Assembly: GCF_022846255.1 (NCBI RefSeq)
Contig: NZ_AP025682.1
DNA from: Escherichia coli
GTDB taxonomy: Bacteria; Pseudomonadota; Gammaproteobacteria; Enterobacterales; Enterobacteriaceae
DNA: 64,000 nucleotides
Strand: one strand, 5' to 3'
The notes under the pieces are model-generated. The model did not search any database. It was not told where the DNA came from and saw only the letters and a program-made list of their open reading frames with translations. A program made the translations under genes and the position numbers. Each line of letters starts with the position of its first letter. Position 1 is the stretch's first letter. Positions 1 to 15,162 of the stretch are shown here, piece by piece.

Positions 1-52
1 AACAACAACGGGCGTGTTATACGCCCGTTATAATATTTAACACATGTGGTAA

Positions 53-1303
53 TTACATATTTTTGATGATCGCGTCACCAAACTCTGAACATTTCAGCAG
101 TTTAGCGCCTTCCATCAGACGTTCGAAGTCATAGGTTACGGTCTTGGCATTGATCGCGCCTTCCATACCTTTAACAATCAGGTCTGCGGCTTCAGTCCAG
201 CCCATATGGCGCAGCATCATCTCAGCGGAGAGAATAATAGAGCCTGGGTTTACTTTGTCCTGTCCGGCATATTTCGGCGCAGTACCGTGGGTGGCTTCAA
301 ACAGGGCGCATTCGTCACCGATGTTTGCGCCAGGGGCGATACCGATACCACCAACCTGCGCTGCCAGGGCGTCAGAAATGTAGTCACCGTTCAGGTTCAT
401 ACAGGCGATAACATCATATTCAGCCGGACGCAGCAGGATCTGTTGCAGGAATGCATCAGCAATCACGTCTTTAATGACGATCTCTTTGCCGGTATTCGGG
501 TTTTTAACTTTCAGCCACGGGCCGCCGTCGATCAGTTCACCGCCAAATTCTTCACGCGCCAGCTGGTAGCCCCAGTCTTTAAACGCGCCTTCGGTGAACT
601 TCATGATGTTGCCTTTGTGCACCAGGGTCACAGAGTCACGATCGTTAGCAATTGCGTATTCGATCGCTGCACGAACCAGACGTTTGGTGCCTTCTTCCGA
701 ACACGGCTTAATACCGATACCGCAATGTTCCGGGAAGCGAATTTTCTTCACGCCCATCTCTTCACGCAGGAATTTAATCACTTTCTCAGCGTCGGCAGAG
801 TCTGCTTTCCATTCGATACCCGCATAAATGTCTTCCGAGTTTTCACGGAAGATAACCATATCGGTCAGTTCAGGGTGTTTAACCGGGCTTGGAGTGCCCT
901 GATAGTAACGTACCGGACGCAGGCAGATGTAGAGATCCAGTTCCTGGCGCAGGGCAACGTTCAGAGAGCGAATACCGCCACCAACCGGAGTGGTCAGCGG
1001 GCCTTTAATGGCAACGCGATATTCACGAATCAGATCAAGGGTTTCAGCAGGCAACCAGACGTCCTGACCATAAACCTGTGTGGATTTTTCACCGGTGTAA
1101 ATTTCCATCCAGGAGATTTTACGCTCGCCTTTATAGGCTTTCTCAACTGCAGCGTCGACCACTTTCAGCATGGCTGGGGTTACATCTACACCGATTCCAT
1201 CACCTTCAATGTAAGGGATAATCGGATTTTCAGGAACGTTGAGTTTGCCGTTTTGCAGGGTGATCTTCTTGCCTTGTGCCGGAACAACTACTTTACTTTC
1301 CAT
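53..1303 (-). CDS. icd: isocitrate dehydrogenase (NADP)
   Basis: 416 aa ORF, full-length match to E. coli Icd as I recall it; stop TAA at 53-55. Confidence 0.95.
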   Translation of the reverse strand: MESKVVVPAQGKKITLQNGKLNVPENPIIPYIEGDGIGVDVTPAMLKVVDAAVEKAYKGERKISWMEIYTGEKSTQVYGQDVWLPAETLDLIREYRVAIKGPLTTPVGGGIRSLNVALRQELDLYICLRPVRYYQGTPSPVKHPELTDMVIFRENSEDIYAGIEWKADSADAEKVIKFLREEMGVKKIRFPEHCGIGIKPCSEEGTKRLVRAAIEYAIANDRDSVTLVHKGNIMKFTEGAFKDWGYQLAREEFGGELIDGGPWLKVKNPNTGKEIVIKDVIADAFLQQILLRPAEYDVIACMNLNGDYISDALAAQVGGIGIAPGANIGDECALFEATHGTAPKYAGQDKVNPGSIILSAEMMLRHMGWTEAADLIVKGMEGAINAKTVTYDFERLMEGAKLLKCSEFGDAIIKNM

Positions 1304-1474
1304 TCACCTCTCCTTCGAGCGCTACTGGTTTGCTCGTCTGCCACCACGTTGCATATGCGTTTGCGTCCTGCGATACGGATGCTTTAGAGCAATTTTTTGT
1401 TAATGATTTGTAATTGGCTTGTCAATACTACCCTATTGTTTGCCGTCATGAAAGATGCGCGTTATTAGGCTATA

Positions 1475-2128
1475 ATGCGGCAATTCATAATCTCTGAAAA
1501 TACCATGCAAAAAACTTCTTTTAGAAATCACCAGGTTAAGCGATTCAGCTCGCAACGTTCTACCAGGCGTAAACCTGAAAACCAGCCCACGCGTGTGATC
1601 CTGTTCAATAAACCCTACGATGTTCTTCCGCAGTTCACCGATGAAGCCGGACGCAAAACATTAAAAGAATTCATCCCGGTTCAAGGCGTTTATGCAGCAG
1701 GTCGCCTTGACCGCGATAGCGAAGGGTTACTGGTGCTGACCAATAACGGCGCGTTGCAGGCGCGTTTAACCCAGCCGGGTAAACGTACCGGGAAAATCTA
1801 TTATGTACAGGTAGAAGGTATTCCCACGGAAGACGCCCTTGAAGCGTTGCGCAATGGCGTAACCTTAAATGATGGCCCTACCCTGCCCGCAGGTGCAGAG
1901 ATGGTTGAGGAGCCGGAATGGTTATGGCCCCGTAATCCGCCAATTCGTGAACGCAAAAGTATTCCCACCAGCTGGCTGAAGATCACCTTATATGAAGGAC
2001 GTAATCGCCAGGTGCGCCGCATGACCGCCCATGTTGGTTTCCCCACGCTGCGACTGATTCGCTATGCGATGGGTGATTACTCTTTGGATAATCTTGCCAA
2101 TGGCGAATGGCGAGAAGTGACAGATTAA
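1475..2128 (+). CDS. rluE: 23S rRNA pseudouridine synthase E
   Basis: 217 aa ORF, RluE-like sequence, position next to icd. Confidence 0.9.
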   Translation: MRQFIISENTMQKTSFRNHQVKRFSSQRSTRRKPENQPTRVILFNKPYDVLPQFTDEAGRKTLKEFIPVQGVYAAGRLDRDSEGLLVLTNNGALQARLTQPGKRTGKIYYVQVEGIPTEDALEALRNGVTLNDGPTLPAGAEMVEEPEWLWPRNPPIRERKSIPTSWLKITLYEGRNRQVRRMTAHVGFPTLRLIRYAMGDYSLDNLANGEWREVTD

Positions 2129-2137
2129 GGATGCAAA

Positions 2138-3759
<1,622 letters not shown>

Positions 3760-3794
3760 TTATTTTCTTTACTTAAAACAAGGAAGCAGTGAAC

Positions 3795-4436
3795 GTGGCA
3801 AAGAATTACTATGACATCACCCTCGCTCTGGCCGGTATTTGTCAGTCGGCACGCCTGGTGCAACAACTCGCTCACCAGGGGCATTGTGATGCCGATGCGC
3901 TACACGTCTCACTCAACAGTATTATTGATATGAACCCCAGCTCGACGCTGGCGGTTTTTGGCGGTAGCGAAGCCAACCTGCGCGTCGGGCTGGAAACCTT
4001 GCTCGGCGTGCTCAATGCCAGCAGTCGCCAGGGCTTAAACGCCGAATTAACCCGCTACACACTCAGTCTGATGGTGCTTGAGCGCAAACTCTCCTCAGCG
4101 AAAGGTGCGCTCGACACTCTGGGCAACAGGATCAACGGCCTGCAACGCCAGCTCGAACACTTCGATTTACAGTCCGAAACGCTGATGAGCGCGATGGCTG
4201 CCATCTATGTTGATGTTATCAGCCCGCTTGGCCCGCGCATTCAGGTCACTGGTTCCCCTGCTGTACTGCAAAGCCCACAGGTGCAGGCGAAAGTTCGCGC
4301 AACCCTGCTGGCAGGCATTCGCGCCGCCGTGCTCTGGCACCAGGTCGGCGGCGGTCGTCTGCAACTGATGTTTTCTCGTAATCGCCTGACCACTCAGGCA
4401 AAACAAATTCTTGCTCATTTAACCCCGGAGTTGTGA
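3795..4436 (+). CDS. hflD: high-frequency-lysogenization protein HflD
   Basis: ORF 3789-4436; probable GTG start at 3795 giving [14 protein letters not shown]... Confidence 0.88.
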   Translation: MAKNYYDITLALAGICQSARLVQQLAHQGHCDADALHVSLNSIIDMNPSSTLAVFGGSEANLRVGLETLLGVLNASSRQGLNAELTRYTLSLMVLERKLSSAKGALDTLGNRINGLQRQLEHFDLQSETLMSAMAAIYVDVISPLGPRIQVTGSPAVLQSPQVQAKVRATLLAGIRAAVLWHQVGGGRLQLMFSRNRLTTQAKQILAHLTPEL

Positions 4437-5810
<1,374 letters not shown>

Positions 5811-5901
5811 GCCTCAAATCAGTGCCGGATGGCGATGCTGTCCGGCCTGCTTATTAAGATTATCCACTTTTTGTTTTTTCACTTTACCTCCCCTTCCCGC
5901 T

Positions 5902-5918
5902 GGTTTATTTAATGTTTA
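5902..5918 (+). promoter_or_regulatory. PhoP box direct repeat (GGTTTA-N5-TGTTTA) upstream of phoP
   Basis: Sequence ggtttatttaatgttta about 60 bp upstream of the phoP ATG; matches the (T/G)GTTTA-N5-(T/G)GTTTA PhoP-box consensus. Confidence 0.7.
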
Positions 5919-5978
5919 CCCCCATAACCACATAATCGCGTTACACTATTTTAATAATTAAGACAGGGAGAAATAAAA

Positions 5979-6650
5979 ATGCGCGTACTGGTTGTTGAAG
6001 ACAATGCGTTGTTACGTCACCATCTTAAAGTTCAGATTCAGGATGCTGGTCATCAGGTCGATGACGCAGAAGATGCCAAAGAAGCCGATTATTATCTCAA
6101 TGAACATTTACCGGATATTGCGATTGTCGATCTCGGTTTGCCTGACGAGGACGGTCTGTCACTGATTCGCCGCTGGCGTAGCAATGATGTTTCACTGCCG
6201 ATTCTGGTATTAACCGCCCGTGAAAGCTGGCAGGACAAAGTCGAAGTATTAAGTGCTGGCGCTGATGATTACGTGACTAAACCGTTTCATATTGAAGAGG
6301 TGATGGCGCGAATGCAGGCATTAATGCGGCGTAATAGCGGTCTGGCTTCACAGGTCATTTCGCTACCACCGTTTCAGGTTGATCTCTCCCGCCGTGAATT
6401 ATCTATTAATGACGAAGTGATTAAACTGACCGCGTTCGAATACACCATTATGGAAACGTTGATACGCAATAATGGCAAAGTGGTCAGCAAAGATTCGTTA
6501 ATGCTACAACTCTATCCGGATGCGGAGCTGCGGGAAAGCCATACCATTGATGTACTGATGGGACGTCTGCGCAAAAAAATTCAGGCACAATATCCGCAAG
6601 AAGTGATTACCACCGTTCGCGGCCAGGGCTATCTGTTCGAATTGCGCTGA
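5979..6650 (+). CDS. phoP: Mg2+-responsive response regulator PhoP
   Basis: 223 aa OmpR-family response regulator, PhoP-like. Confidence 0.95.
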   Translation: MRVLVVEDNALLRHHLKVQIQDAGHQVDDAEDAKEADYYLNEHLPDIAIVDLGLPDEDGLSLIRRWRSNDVSLPILVLTARESWQDKVEVLSAGADDYVTKPFHIEEVMARMQALMRRNSGLASQVISLPPFQVDLSRRELSINDEVIKLTAFEYTIMETLIRNNGKVVSKDSLMLQLYPDAELRESHTIDVLMGRLRKKIQAQYPQEVITTVRGQGYLFELR

Positions 6651-8110
6651 TGAAAAAATTACTGCGTCTTTTTTTCCCGCTCTCGCTGCGGGTACGTTTT
6701 CTATTGGCAACGGCAGCGGTTGTACTGGTGCTTTCGCTTGCCTACGGAATGGTCGCGCTGATCGGTTATAGCGTCAGTTTCGATAAAACTACGTTTCGGC
6801 TGTTACGTGGCGAGAGCAATCTGTTCTATACCCTTGCGAAGTGGGAAAACAACAAGTTGCATGTCGAGTTACCCGAAAATATCGACAAGCAAAGCCCCAC
6901 AATGACGCTAATTTATGATGAGAACGGGCAGCTTTTATGGGCGCAACGTGACGTGCCCTGGCTGATGAAGATGATCCAGCCTGACTGGCTGAAATCGAAT
7001 GGTTTTCATGAAATTGAAGCGGATGTTAACGATACCAGCCTCTTGCTGAGTGGAGATCATTCGATACAGCAACAGTTGCAGGAAGTGCGGGAAGATGATG
7101 ACGACGCAGAGATGACCCACTCGGTGGCGGTAAACGTCTATCCGGCAACATCGCGGATGCCAAAGTTAACCATTGTGGTGGTGGATACCATTCCGGTGGA
7201 GCTAAAAAGTTCCTATATGGTCTGGAGCTGGTTTATCTATGTGCTCTCAGCCAATCTGCTGTTAGTGATCCCGCTGCTGTGGGTCGCCGCCTGGTGGAGT
7301 TTACGCCCCATCGAAGCCCTGGCAAAAGAAGTCCGCGAACTGGAAGAACATAACCGCGAATTGCTCAATCCAGCCACAACGCGAGAACTGACCAGTCTGG
7401 TACGAAACCTGAACCGACTGTTAAAAAGTGAACGCGAACGTTACGACAAATATCGTACGACGCTCACCGACCTGACCCATAGTCTGAAAACGCCACTGGC
7501 GGTGCTGCAAAGTACGCTGCGTTCTCTGCGTAGTGAGAAGATGAGCGTCAGTGATGCTGAGCCGGTAATGCTGGAGCAAATCAGCCGCATTTCACAGCAA
7601 ATTGGCTACTACCTGCATCGTGCCAGTATGCGCGGCGGGACATTGCTTAGCCGCGAGCTGCATCCGGTCGCCCCACTGTTGGACAATCTCACCTCGGCGC
7701 TGAACAAAGTGTATCAACGCAAAGGGGTCAATATCTCTCTCGATATTTCGCCAGAGATCAGCTTTGTTGGTGAGCAGAACGATTTTGTCGAGGTGATGGG
7801 TAATGTGCTGGATAATGCCTGTAAATATTGCCTCGAATTTGTCGAAATTTCTGCAAGGCAAACCGACGAGCATCTCTATATTGTGGTCGAGGATGATGGC
7901 CCCGGTATTCCATTAAGCAAGCGAGAGGTCATTTTCGACCGTGGTCAACGGGTTGATACTTTACGCCCTGGGCAAGGTGTGGGGCTGGCGGTAGCCCGCG
8001 AAATCACCGAGCAATATGAGGGTAAAATCGTCGCCGGAGAGAGCATGCTGGGCGGTGCGCGGATGGAAGTGATTTTTGGTCGCCAGCATTCTGCACCGAA
8101 AGATGAATAA
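6650..8110 (+). CDS. phoQ: sensor histidine kinase PhoQ
   Basis: 486 aa ORF; start overlaps the phoP stop (TGATG) by 1 nt. Confidence 0.95.
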   Translation: MKKLLRLFFPLSLRVRFLLATAAVVLVLSLAYGMVALIGYSVSFDKTTFRLLRGESNLFYTLAKWENNKLHVELPENIDKQSPTMTLIYDENGQLLWAQRDVPWLMKMIQPDWLKSNGFHEIEADVNDTSLLLSGDHSIQQQLQEVREDDDDAEMTHSVAVNVYPATSRMPKLTIVVVDTIPVELKSSYMVWSWFIYVLSANLLLVIPLLWVAAWWSLRPIEALAKEVRELEEHNRELLNPATTRELTSLVRNLNRLLKSERERYDKYRTTLTDLTHSLKTPLAVLQSTLRSLRSEKMSVSDAEPVMLEQISRISQQIGYYLHRASMRGGTLLSRELHPVAPLLDNLTSALNKVYQRKGVNISLDISPEISFVGEQNDFVEVMGNVLDNACKYCLEFVEISARQTDEHLYIVVEDDGPGIPLSKREVIFDRGQRVDTLRPGQGVGLAVAREITEQYEGKIVAGESMLGGARMEVIFGRQHSAPKDE

Positions 8111-8185
8111 ATATGTCCATACTTCACGCATTACGTTAAGCATCCGTTATAATCGGTTGCAGATACCAGCCTGTGGATGCTTAAC

Positions 8186-9307
8186 ATGGAATACCAACTC
8201 ACTCTTAACTGGCCCGATTTTCTTGAACGTCACTGGCAGAAACGCCCGGTGGTGTTAAAACGCGGCTTTAATAATTTTATTGACCCGATCTCTCCAGACG
8301 AGTTGGCGGGTCTGGCGATGGAAAGCGAAGTCGACAGTCGACTGGTCAGTCATCAGGATGGCAAATGGCAGGTCAGCCACGGTCCATTCGAAAGCTACGA
8401 TCATCTCGGTGAAACTAACTGGTCATTGTTAGTGCAAGCAGTGAACCACTGGCATGAGCCGACCGCCGCGCTAATGCGACCGTTCCGTGAACTACCGGAC
8501 TGGCGTATTGATGATCTGATGATCTCTTTTTCTGTACCGGGCGGCGGCGTCGGCCCGCATCTCGATCAGTACGACGTGTTTATCATTCAGGGTACCGGTC
8601 GTCGTCGCTGGCGAGTGGGCGAAAAGCTGCAAATGAAACAGCACTGCCCGCACCCGGACCTGTTACAGGTCGATCCGTTCGAAGCCATCATCGATGAAGA
8701 GCTGGAGCCTGGCGATATTCTTTATATTCCGCCAGGATTCCCGCATGAAGGCTACGCGCTGGAAAATGCGATGAACTATTCCGTGGGTTTTCGCGCGCCA
8801 AATACGCGGGAACTGATTAGCGGATTTGCCGATTATGTGCTGCAACGTGAACTGGGCGGCAACTACTACAGCGATCCTGATGTTCCACCTCGCGCTCATC
8901 CTGCGGACGTTCTGCCGCAAGAAATGGATAAACTGCGTGAGATGATGCTCGAATTGATCAACCAGCCGGAACACTTTAAACAATGGTTTGGCGAGTTTAT
9001 ATCCCAGTCACGTCATGAACTGGATATCGCGCCGCCAGAGCCGCCTTATCAGCCGGATGAAATCTACGATGCGCTGAAACAAGGTGATGTGCTGGTGCGC
9101 CTGGGGGGTCTGCGCGTATTGCGCATTGGCGACGACGTGTATGCCAATGGTGAGAAGATCGATTCCCCGCACCGTCCGGCACTGGATGCGCTCGCCAGCA
9201 ACATTGCGCTGACCGCGGAGAATTTTGGCGATGCGCTGGAAGATCCGTCATTCCTCGCGATGCTCGCGGCGCTGGTCAATAGCGGATACTGGTTCTTCGA
9301 AGGGTAA
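8186..9307 (+). CDS. roxA: ribosomal protein uL16 arginine hydroxylase (JmjC/cupin)
   Basis: ORF 8177-9307; ATG at 8186 gives MEYQLTLNWPDF..., 373 aa. Confidence 0.88.
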   Translation: MEYQLTLNWPDFLERHWQKRPVVLKRGFNNFIDPISPDELAGLAMESEVDSRLVSHQDGKWQVSHGPFESYDHLGETNWSLLVQAVNHWHEPTAALMRPFRELPDWRIDDLMISFSVPGGGVGPHLDQYDVFIIQGTGRRRWRVGEKLQMKQHCPHPDLLQVDPFEAIIDEELEPGDILYIPPGFPHEGYALENAMNYSVGFRAPNTRELISGFADYVLQRELGGNYYSDPDVPPRAHPADVLPQEMDKLREMMLELINQPEHFKQWFGEFISQSRHELDIAPPEPPYQPDEIYDALKQGDVLVRLGGLRVLRIGDDVYANGEKIDSPHRPALDALASNIALTAENFGDALEDPSFLAMLAALVNSGYWFFEG

Positions 9308-9322
9308 GTTTGGATTTAAGCC

Positions 9323-9355
9323 GGATGCGGCATCACATGCCGCATCCCTTTTCGC
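9323..9355 (+). terminator. rho-independent terminator after roxA
   Basis: 11-bp perfect stem GGATGCGGCAT-cac-ATGCCGCATCC followed by cttttcgc. Confidence 0.65.
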
Positions 9356-10582
9356 TTACTTCCGTTGCGCCGTCAACTCGGCAATACGGACGATCACCTG
9401 CACCGCTTTTTCCATACCTTCCAGAGTCACAAACTCATGCTTACCATGATAGTTGTAACCGCCAGTGAACAGGTTCGGGCACGGTAATCCCATAAACGAC
9501 AACTGCGCGCCGTCGGTACCGCCGCGGATCGGTTTCAGTTCCGGTTCAATATCGCAGTCACGCATCGCCTGCTGGGCGATATCGAGAATATGCGGATGCT
9601 CAACCACTTTCTCGCGCATATTGTAGTAACTGTCTTCAATCACCAGTTCAATGTAGCAATCAGGATGTAACCCTTTGCCCACTTTTTTGGCGATCTCCAT
9701 CATTTTACGTTTACGCGCTTCAAACTGTTTACGGTCGAAATCACGGATGATGTAGTGCATATCGGCCCGTTCAACGGTGCCTTTCATGCTCGCCAGGTGA
9801 TAGAAACCTTCATAGCCTTCTGTCATTTCCGGGCTTTCATCCGCCGGAACTTCCGCATGAATACGTGCCGCCAGCGACAGCGCATTTACCATCACTCCTT
9901 TCGCCGTGCCCGGGTGAACATTGTTACCGACAATTTTGATATTGACCGACGCGGCGTTGAAGTTTTCAAACTCCAGTTCGCCGACGCCACCACCATCAAC
10001 GGTGTATGCCCAGCGGGCATCGAAGGCGTCAACATCAAAATGCTTCGCCCCTTTGCCCACTTCTTCATCCGGGGTAAAGGCGACGCGAATATCACCATGC
10101 GGAATGTTTTTTTGTTGCAATACCGCCAGCGCGGTCATGATTTCTGCAATACCTGCTTTGTCATCGGCACCTAACAAGGTTTTACCATCGGTGGTAATCA
10201 GCGTCTGACCCAGTAGCTGATGCAGCACCGGGAACATAACCGGTGATAAAACTTCATCGCCGATACCCAGCGCAATATCGCCACCGCGATAGTTTTCAAC
10301 AATTTGCGGATTCACATTTTTGCCGCTGCAATCCGGTGAGGTATCCACATGAGAAATAAAGCCAATCGCCGGGATATCGCCAGGGACGTTAGCCGGTAAC
10401 GTCGCCATCAAAGTGCCCTTCTCACTTAAGGTCACATTGATAAGCCCCATCTCTTCGAGCTGCTCTTTCAGCAGATGCAATAACTTCCATTGGCCTTCCG
10501 TGCTGGGAACCTGTCTCACCCCTGCCTTTGATTGGGTATCCAGAGACACGTAGTTCAAAAATCGCTCAAGTAGTTTATCCAT
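9356..10582 (-). CDS. pepT: peptidase T (tripeptide aminopeptidase)
   Basis: ORF 9356-10624; start set at the Met giving [17 protein letters not shown]..., 408 aa. Confidence 0.92.
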   Translation of the reverse strand: MDKLLERFLNYVSLDTQSKAGVRQVPSTEGQWKLLHLLKEQLEEMGLINVTLSEKGTLMATLPANVPGDIPAIGFISHVDTSPDCSGKNVNPQIVENYRGGDIALGIGDEVLSPVMFPVLHQLLGQTLITTDGKTLLGADDKAGIAEIMTALAVLQQKNIPHGDIRVAFTPDEEVGKGAKHFDVDAFDARWAYTVDGGGVGELEFENFNAASVNIKIVGNNVHPGTAKGVMVNALSLAARIHAEVPADESPEMTEGYEGFYHLASMKGTVERADMHYIIRDFDRKQFEARKRKMMEIAKKVGKGLHPDCYIELVIEDSYYNMREKVVEHPHILDIAQQAMRDCDIEPELKPIRGGTDGAQLSFMGLPCPNLFTGGYNYHGKHEFVTLEGMEKAVQVIVRIAELTAQRK

Positions 10583-10831
10583 GTAGTCACCCTCACTTTT
10601 TGTGACAACATTATTAAGAAGCAAGAAAAGACAAATATTGCGTCAGGTCACTTTTACCCCTGCAAGCGGGAATATTTATCAGCATTACCTTAATGAATAT
10701 AAAGCTAAGCCAGTAATTCACAACAAAGATTGGCGATTCAAGCGGTTTGCCGTAGAATTACCGCCCTCATTAAGAGTCACCAAGGTGGTTAACCACAAAC
10801 CCCGCATCGGTAAGCCATCCGTTGCGTTTAC

Positions 10832-11968
10832 ATGGGACAGAGTAAAAAATTGAATAAACAACCGAGTTCGCTTTCACCGCTGGTGCAATTGGCGGGAATT
10901 CGCAAATGCTTTGATGGTAAAGAGGTCATTCCCCAGCTGGATCTGACTATCAACAATGGCGAGTTCCTCACGCTGCTTGGCCCTTCTGGCTGCGGTAAAA
11001 CAACCGTTCTTCGCCTGATTGCAGGTCTGGAAACTGTTGATTCCGGACGCATCATGCTGGATAACGAGGACATCACCCACGTTCCGGCGGAAAACCGCTA
11101 TGTGAACACTGTTTTCCAAAGCTACGCACTTTTCCCCCACATGACCGTGTTCGAAAATGTGGCCTTTGGGTTGCGCATGCAAAAAACCCCCGCTGCTGAA
11201 ATTACGCCCCGCGTGATGGAAGCCCTGCGGATGGTGCAGCTGGAAACCTTCGCTCAACGCAAACCGCATCAGCTCTCTGGTGGTCAACAGCAACGCGTCG
11301 CCATTGCTCGCGCGGTGGTTAACAAGCCTCGTCTGTTGTTGCTGGATGAGTCGCTCTCAGCGCTGGATTACAAACTGCGCAAGCAAATGCAGAACGAGCT
11401 GAAAGCATTACAGCGTAAGCTTGGCATTACATTCGTGTTCGTAACTCACGACCAGGAAGAAGCACTCACCATGTCGGACAGGATTGTGGTGATGCGCGAT
11501 GGTCGCATTGAGCAAGACGGCACGCCGCGTGAAATCTACGAAGAGCCGAAAAACCTGTTTGTTGCCGGGTTTATTGGCGAGATCAATATGTTTAACGCCA
11601 CTGTCATCGAACGTCTCGACGAGCAGCGCGTACGCGCCAACGTTGAAGGCCGCGAATGTAATATCTACGTTAACTTCGCCGTTGAACCGGGGCAAAAACT
11701 GCATGTTCTGCTGCGCCCGGAAGACTTACGTGTTGAAGAGATTAACGACGACAACCACGCCGAAGGGCTGATTGGTTACGTTCGCGAGCGTAACTACAAA
11801 GGCATGACGCTGGAGTCGGTTGTTGAGCTGGAAAATGGCAAGATGGTGATGGTCAGCGAATTCTTCAATGAAGACGATCCTGACTTTGACCACTCTCTCG
11901 ACCAAAAAATGGCCATTAATTGGGTAGAAAGCTGGGAGGTCGTACTGGCTGATGAAGAACACAAGTAA
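10832..11968 (+). CDS. potA: spermidine/putrescine ABC transporter ATPase
   Basis: 378 aa, Walker [13 protein letters not shown] signature LSGGQQQR. Confidence 0.95.
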
Positions 11969-12809
11969 GTTCCAGAATGTAGTGATTGTCACTATTGTCG
12001 GTTGGCTTGTGTTGTTTGTCTTTCTGCCCAACCTGATGATCATTGGCACCAGCTTTTTGACCCGCGACGACGCCAGTTTCGTCAAAATGGTCTTTACGCT
12101 GGATAACTACACGCGTCTGCTCGATCCGCTCTATTTTGAAGTGCTATTGCACTCGCTGAATATGGCGCTGATCGCCACCCTCGCCTGCCTGGTGCTGGGC
12201 TATCCTTTTGCCTGGTTTCTGGCGAAGCTGCCACACAAGGTGCGTCCGCTGCTGCTGTTTCTGCTGATTGTTCCGTTCTGGACCAACTCATTGATTCGTA
12301 TTTACGGGCTGAAAATTTTCCTCAGCACCAAAGGCTATCTCAACGAGTTTTTGCTCTGGCTGGGCGTTATCGATACACCAATTCGCATCATGTTCACGCC
12401 TAGTGCGGTGATTATCGGTCTGGTTTACATTCTGCTGCCGTTTATGGTGATGCCGCTGTACTCCAGTATCGAAAAACTGGATAAGCCGTTGCTTGAGGCG
12501 GCGCGCGATCTCGGTGCCAGCAAGTTGCAGACCTTTATCCGCATCATTATCCCACTAACGATGCCGGGAATTATTGCCGGATGTCTGCTGGTGATGCTGC
12601 CAGCGATGGGCCTGTTCTATGTGTCCGACCTGATGGGCGGTGCGAAAAACCTGCTGATCGGTAACGTCATCAAGGTACAGTTCCTCAATATTCGTGACTG
12701 GCCGTTTGGTGCAGCCACCAGCATTACGCTGACTATCGTAATGGGCCTGATGTTGCTGGTTTACTGGCGCGCTTCTCGTCTGCTGAATAAGAAGGTGGAA
12801 CTCGAATGA
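11952..12809 (+). CDS. potB: spermidine/putrescine ABC transporter permease
   Basis: 285 aa membrane ORF overlapping the potA end by 17 nt; the true start may be a downstream Met. Confidence 0.9.
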
Positions 12810-13600
12810 TCGGTCGACTGCTTCGCGGCGGTTTTATGACCGCTATCTACGCGTACCTGTATATCCCAATCATTATTTTGATTGTGAACTCCTTTAACAG
12901 CTCGCGCTTTGGCATCAACTGGCAGGGTTTTACCACCAAATGGTATAGCCTGCTGATGAACAACGACAGCCTGTTACAGGCAGCGCAGCATTCACTAACA
13001 ATGGCGGTGTTTTCGGCGACGTTTGCTACGCTTATCGGTTCACTGACGGCAGTTGCGCTGTACCGTTATCGCTTTCGTGGTAAGCCGTTCGTTAGCGGAA
13101 TGCTGTTTGTGGTGATGATGTCACCAGATATCGTGATGGCGATTTCGCTGCTGGTGCTGTTTATGCTGCTGGGTATTCAGCTTGGCTTCTGGTCGCTGCT
13201 GTTCTCGCATATCACCTTCTGCCTGCCATTTGTGGTGGTGACAGTGTATTCGCGCCTGAAAGGTTTTGACGTGCGAATGCTGGAAGCGGCGAAAGATCTC
13301 GGTGCCAGCGAATTTACCATTCTGCGAAAAATCATTCTGCCTCTGGCAATGCCAGCGGTAGCGGCGGGCTGGGTGTTAAGCTTTACCCTGTCGATGGACG
13401 ACGTGGTGGTTTCTTCGTTTGTCACCGGGCCGAGTTATGAAATTCTGCCGTTAAAAATTTATTCGATGGTCAAAGTCGGCGTATCGCCGGAAGTTAACGC
13501 GCTGGCAACCATATTACTGGTGCTGTCGCTGGTGATGGTAATTGCCAGCCAGCTTATTGCTCGTGATAAAACGAAAGGTAACACAGGGGACGTTAAATGA
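12806..13600 (+). CDS. potC: spermidine/putrescine ABC transporter permease
   Basis: 264 aa, 4-nt overlap with potB. Confidence 0.93.
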   Translation: MIGRLLRGGFMTAIYAYLYIPIIILIVNSFNSSRFGINWQGFTTKWYSLLMNNDSLLQAAQHSLTMAVFSATFATLIGSLTAVALYRYRFRGKPFVSGMLFVVMMSPDIVMAISLLVLFMLLGIQLGFWSLLFSHITFCLPFVVVTVYSRLKGFDVRMLEAAKDLGASEFTILRKIILPLAMPAVAAGWVLSFTLSMDDVVVSSFVTGPSYEILPLKIYSMVKVGVSPEVNALATILLVLSLVMVIASQLIARDKTKGNTGDVK

Positions 13601-14643
13601 AAAAATGGTCACGCCACCTGCTCGCGGCGGGTGCTCTGGCACTGGGCATGAGCGCCGCTCACGCCGATGACAACAACACGCTGTATTTCTACAACTGGAC
13701 CGAGTACGTGCCGCCAGGACTGCTTGAACAGTTCACCAAAGAAACCGGTATTAAGGTTATCTATTCGACTTACGAGTCGAACGAAACCATGTACGCGAAG
13801 CTGAAAACGTACAAAGACGGTGCCTATGACCTGGTGGTTCCTTCAACCTATTACGTCGATAAAATGCGTAAAGAAGGGATGATCCAGAAGATCGACAAGT
13901 CGAAGTTAAGCAATTTCAGCAACCTCGATCCAGACATGCTCAACAAGCCGTTTGACCCGAATAACGACTATTCCATTCCGTATATCTGGGGTGCAACGGC
14001 GATTGGCGTTAACGGTGATGCGGTGGATCCGAAATCTGTCACCAGCTGGGCCGATCTGTGGAAGCCTGAGTACAAAGGCAGCCTGCTGCTGACCGACGAT
14101 GCCCGTGAAGTGTTCCAGATGGCGCTGCGTAAGCTGGGCTACTCCGGTAACACCACCGATCCGAAAGAGATTGAAGCTGCATACAACGAGCTGAAAAAGC
14201 TGATGCCAAACGTCGCGGCGTTTAACTCCGATAACCCGGCGAACCCGTATATGGAAGGCGAAGTTAACCTCGGCATGATCTGGAACGGTTCTGCTTTCGT
14301 TGCACGCCAGGCGGGTACGCCAATTGATGTGGTGTGGCCGAAAGAAGGCGGCATTTTCTGGATGGACAGCCTGGCGATCCCGGCAAATGCCAAAAACAAA
14401 GAAGGCGCGCTGAAATTGATCAACTTCCTGCTGCGCCCGGATGTGGCAAAACAGGTTGCTGAAACTATCGGTTATCCAACGCCAAACCTTGCGGCGCGTA
14501 AGCTGTTAAGTCCGGAAGTGGCGAACGATAAAACGCTCTACCCGGATGCTGAAACCATTAAAAATGGTGAATGGCAGAATGACGTTGGCGCAGCCAGCAG
14601 CATTTATGAAGAGTATTATCAGAAGCTGAAAGCAGGACGTTAA
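13597..14643 (+). CDS. potD: spermidine/putrescine periplasmic binding protein
   Basis: 348 aa with signal peptide, 4-nt overlap with potC. Confidence 0.95.
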   Translation: MKKWSRHLLAAGALALGMSAAHADDNNTLYFYNWTEYVPPGLLEQFTKETGIKVIYSTYESNETMYAKLKTYKDGAYDLVVPSTYYVDKMRKEGMIQKIDKSKLSNFSNLDPDMLNKPFDPNNDYSIPYIWGATAIGVNGDAVDPKSVTSWADLWKPEYKGSLLLTDDAREVFQMALRKLGYSGNTTDPKEIEAAYNELKKLMPNVAAFNSDNPANPYMEGEVNLGMIWNGSAFVARQAGTPIDVVWPKEGGIFWMDSLAIPANAKNKEGALKLINFLLRPDVAKQVAETIGYPTPNLAARKLLSPEVANDKTLYPDAETIKNGEWQNDVGAASSIYEEYYQKLKAGR

Positions 14644-14651
14644 TTCAGCAA

Positions 14652-14682
14652 GCGGGCGGTGGTATTACCGCCCGTTTTTTAT
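14652..14682 (+). terminator. rho-independent terminator of potABCD
   Basis: gcgggcggtggtattaccgcccg hairpin followed by ttttttatt. Confidence 0.8.
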
Positions 14683-14700
14683 TTAGCAAGGATGTGGCTA

Positions 14701-15162
14701 ATGAGCCAGGACAGTAGAGTTTTCTTTCGTATATTCTTCGGTATCGGTCTGGTACTGATCCTCATTTCTGTTGTTATCTTTTATAACCAGTTCACCTATA
14801 GCAAAGACGCGATTCATACTGAAGGCGTCATTGTTGATACCGTCTGGCACTCCAGTCATTCTCATCGCACGGGTAAAAATGGTTCGTGGTATCCCGTCGT
14901 TGCCTTTCGTCCGACGCCAGATTACACGCTAATTTTCAATTCAAGTATTGGCAGCGATTTTTATGAAGACAGTGAAGGCGATAAAGTTAATGTTTATTAT
15001 TCTCCAGGACATCCTGAAAAGGCTGAGATAAATAACCCGTGGGTTAATTTTTTTAAATGGGGGTTTATCGGCATTATGGGCGTTATTTTTATCTCCGTCG
15101 GTTTATTAATCAGTATGCCCTACTCTAAAAAGACACGCAGGAAACGGAAGTCCCGCCCATGA
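14701..15162 (+). CDS. ymfA: inner membrane protein YmfA (DUF3592)
   Basis: ORF 14659-15162; start set after the potD terminator at MSQDSRVFF..., 153 aa. Confidence 0.8.
   Translation: MSQDSRVFFRIFFGIGLVLILISVVIFYNQFTYSKDAIHTEGVIVDTVWHSSHSHRTGKNGSWYPVVAFRPTPDYTLIFNSSIGSDFYEDSEGDKVNVYYSPGHPEKAEINNPWVNFFKWGFIGIMGVIFISVGLLISMPYSKKTRRKRKSRP

Noticed and set aside
206-1387. 393-aa plus-strand ORF overlapping icd
   Set aside because: Antisense to a well-supported icd reading frame; no recognisable domain; an open frame in high-GC coding DNA.
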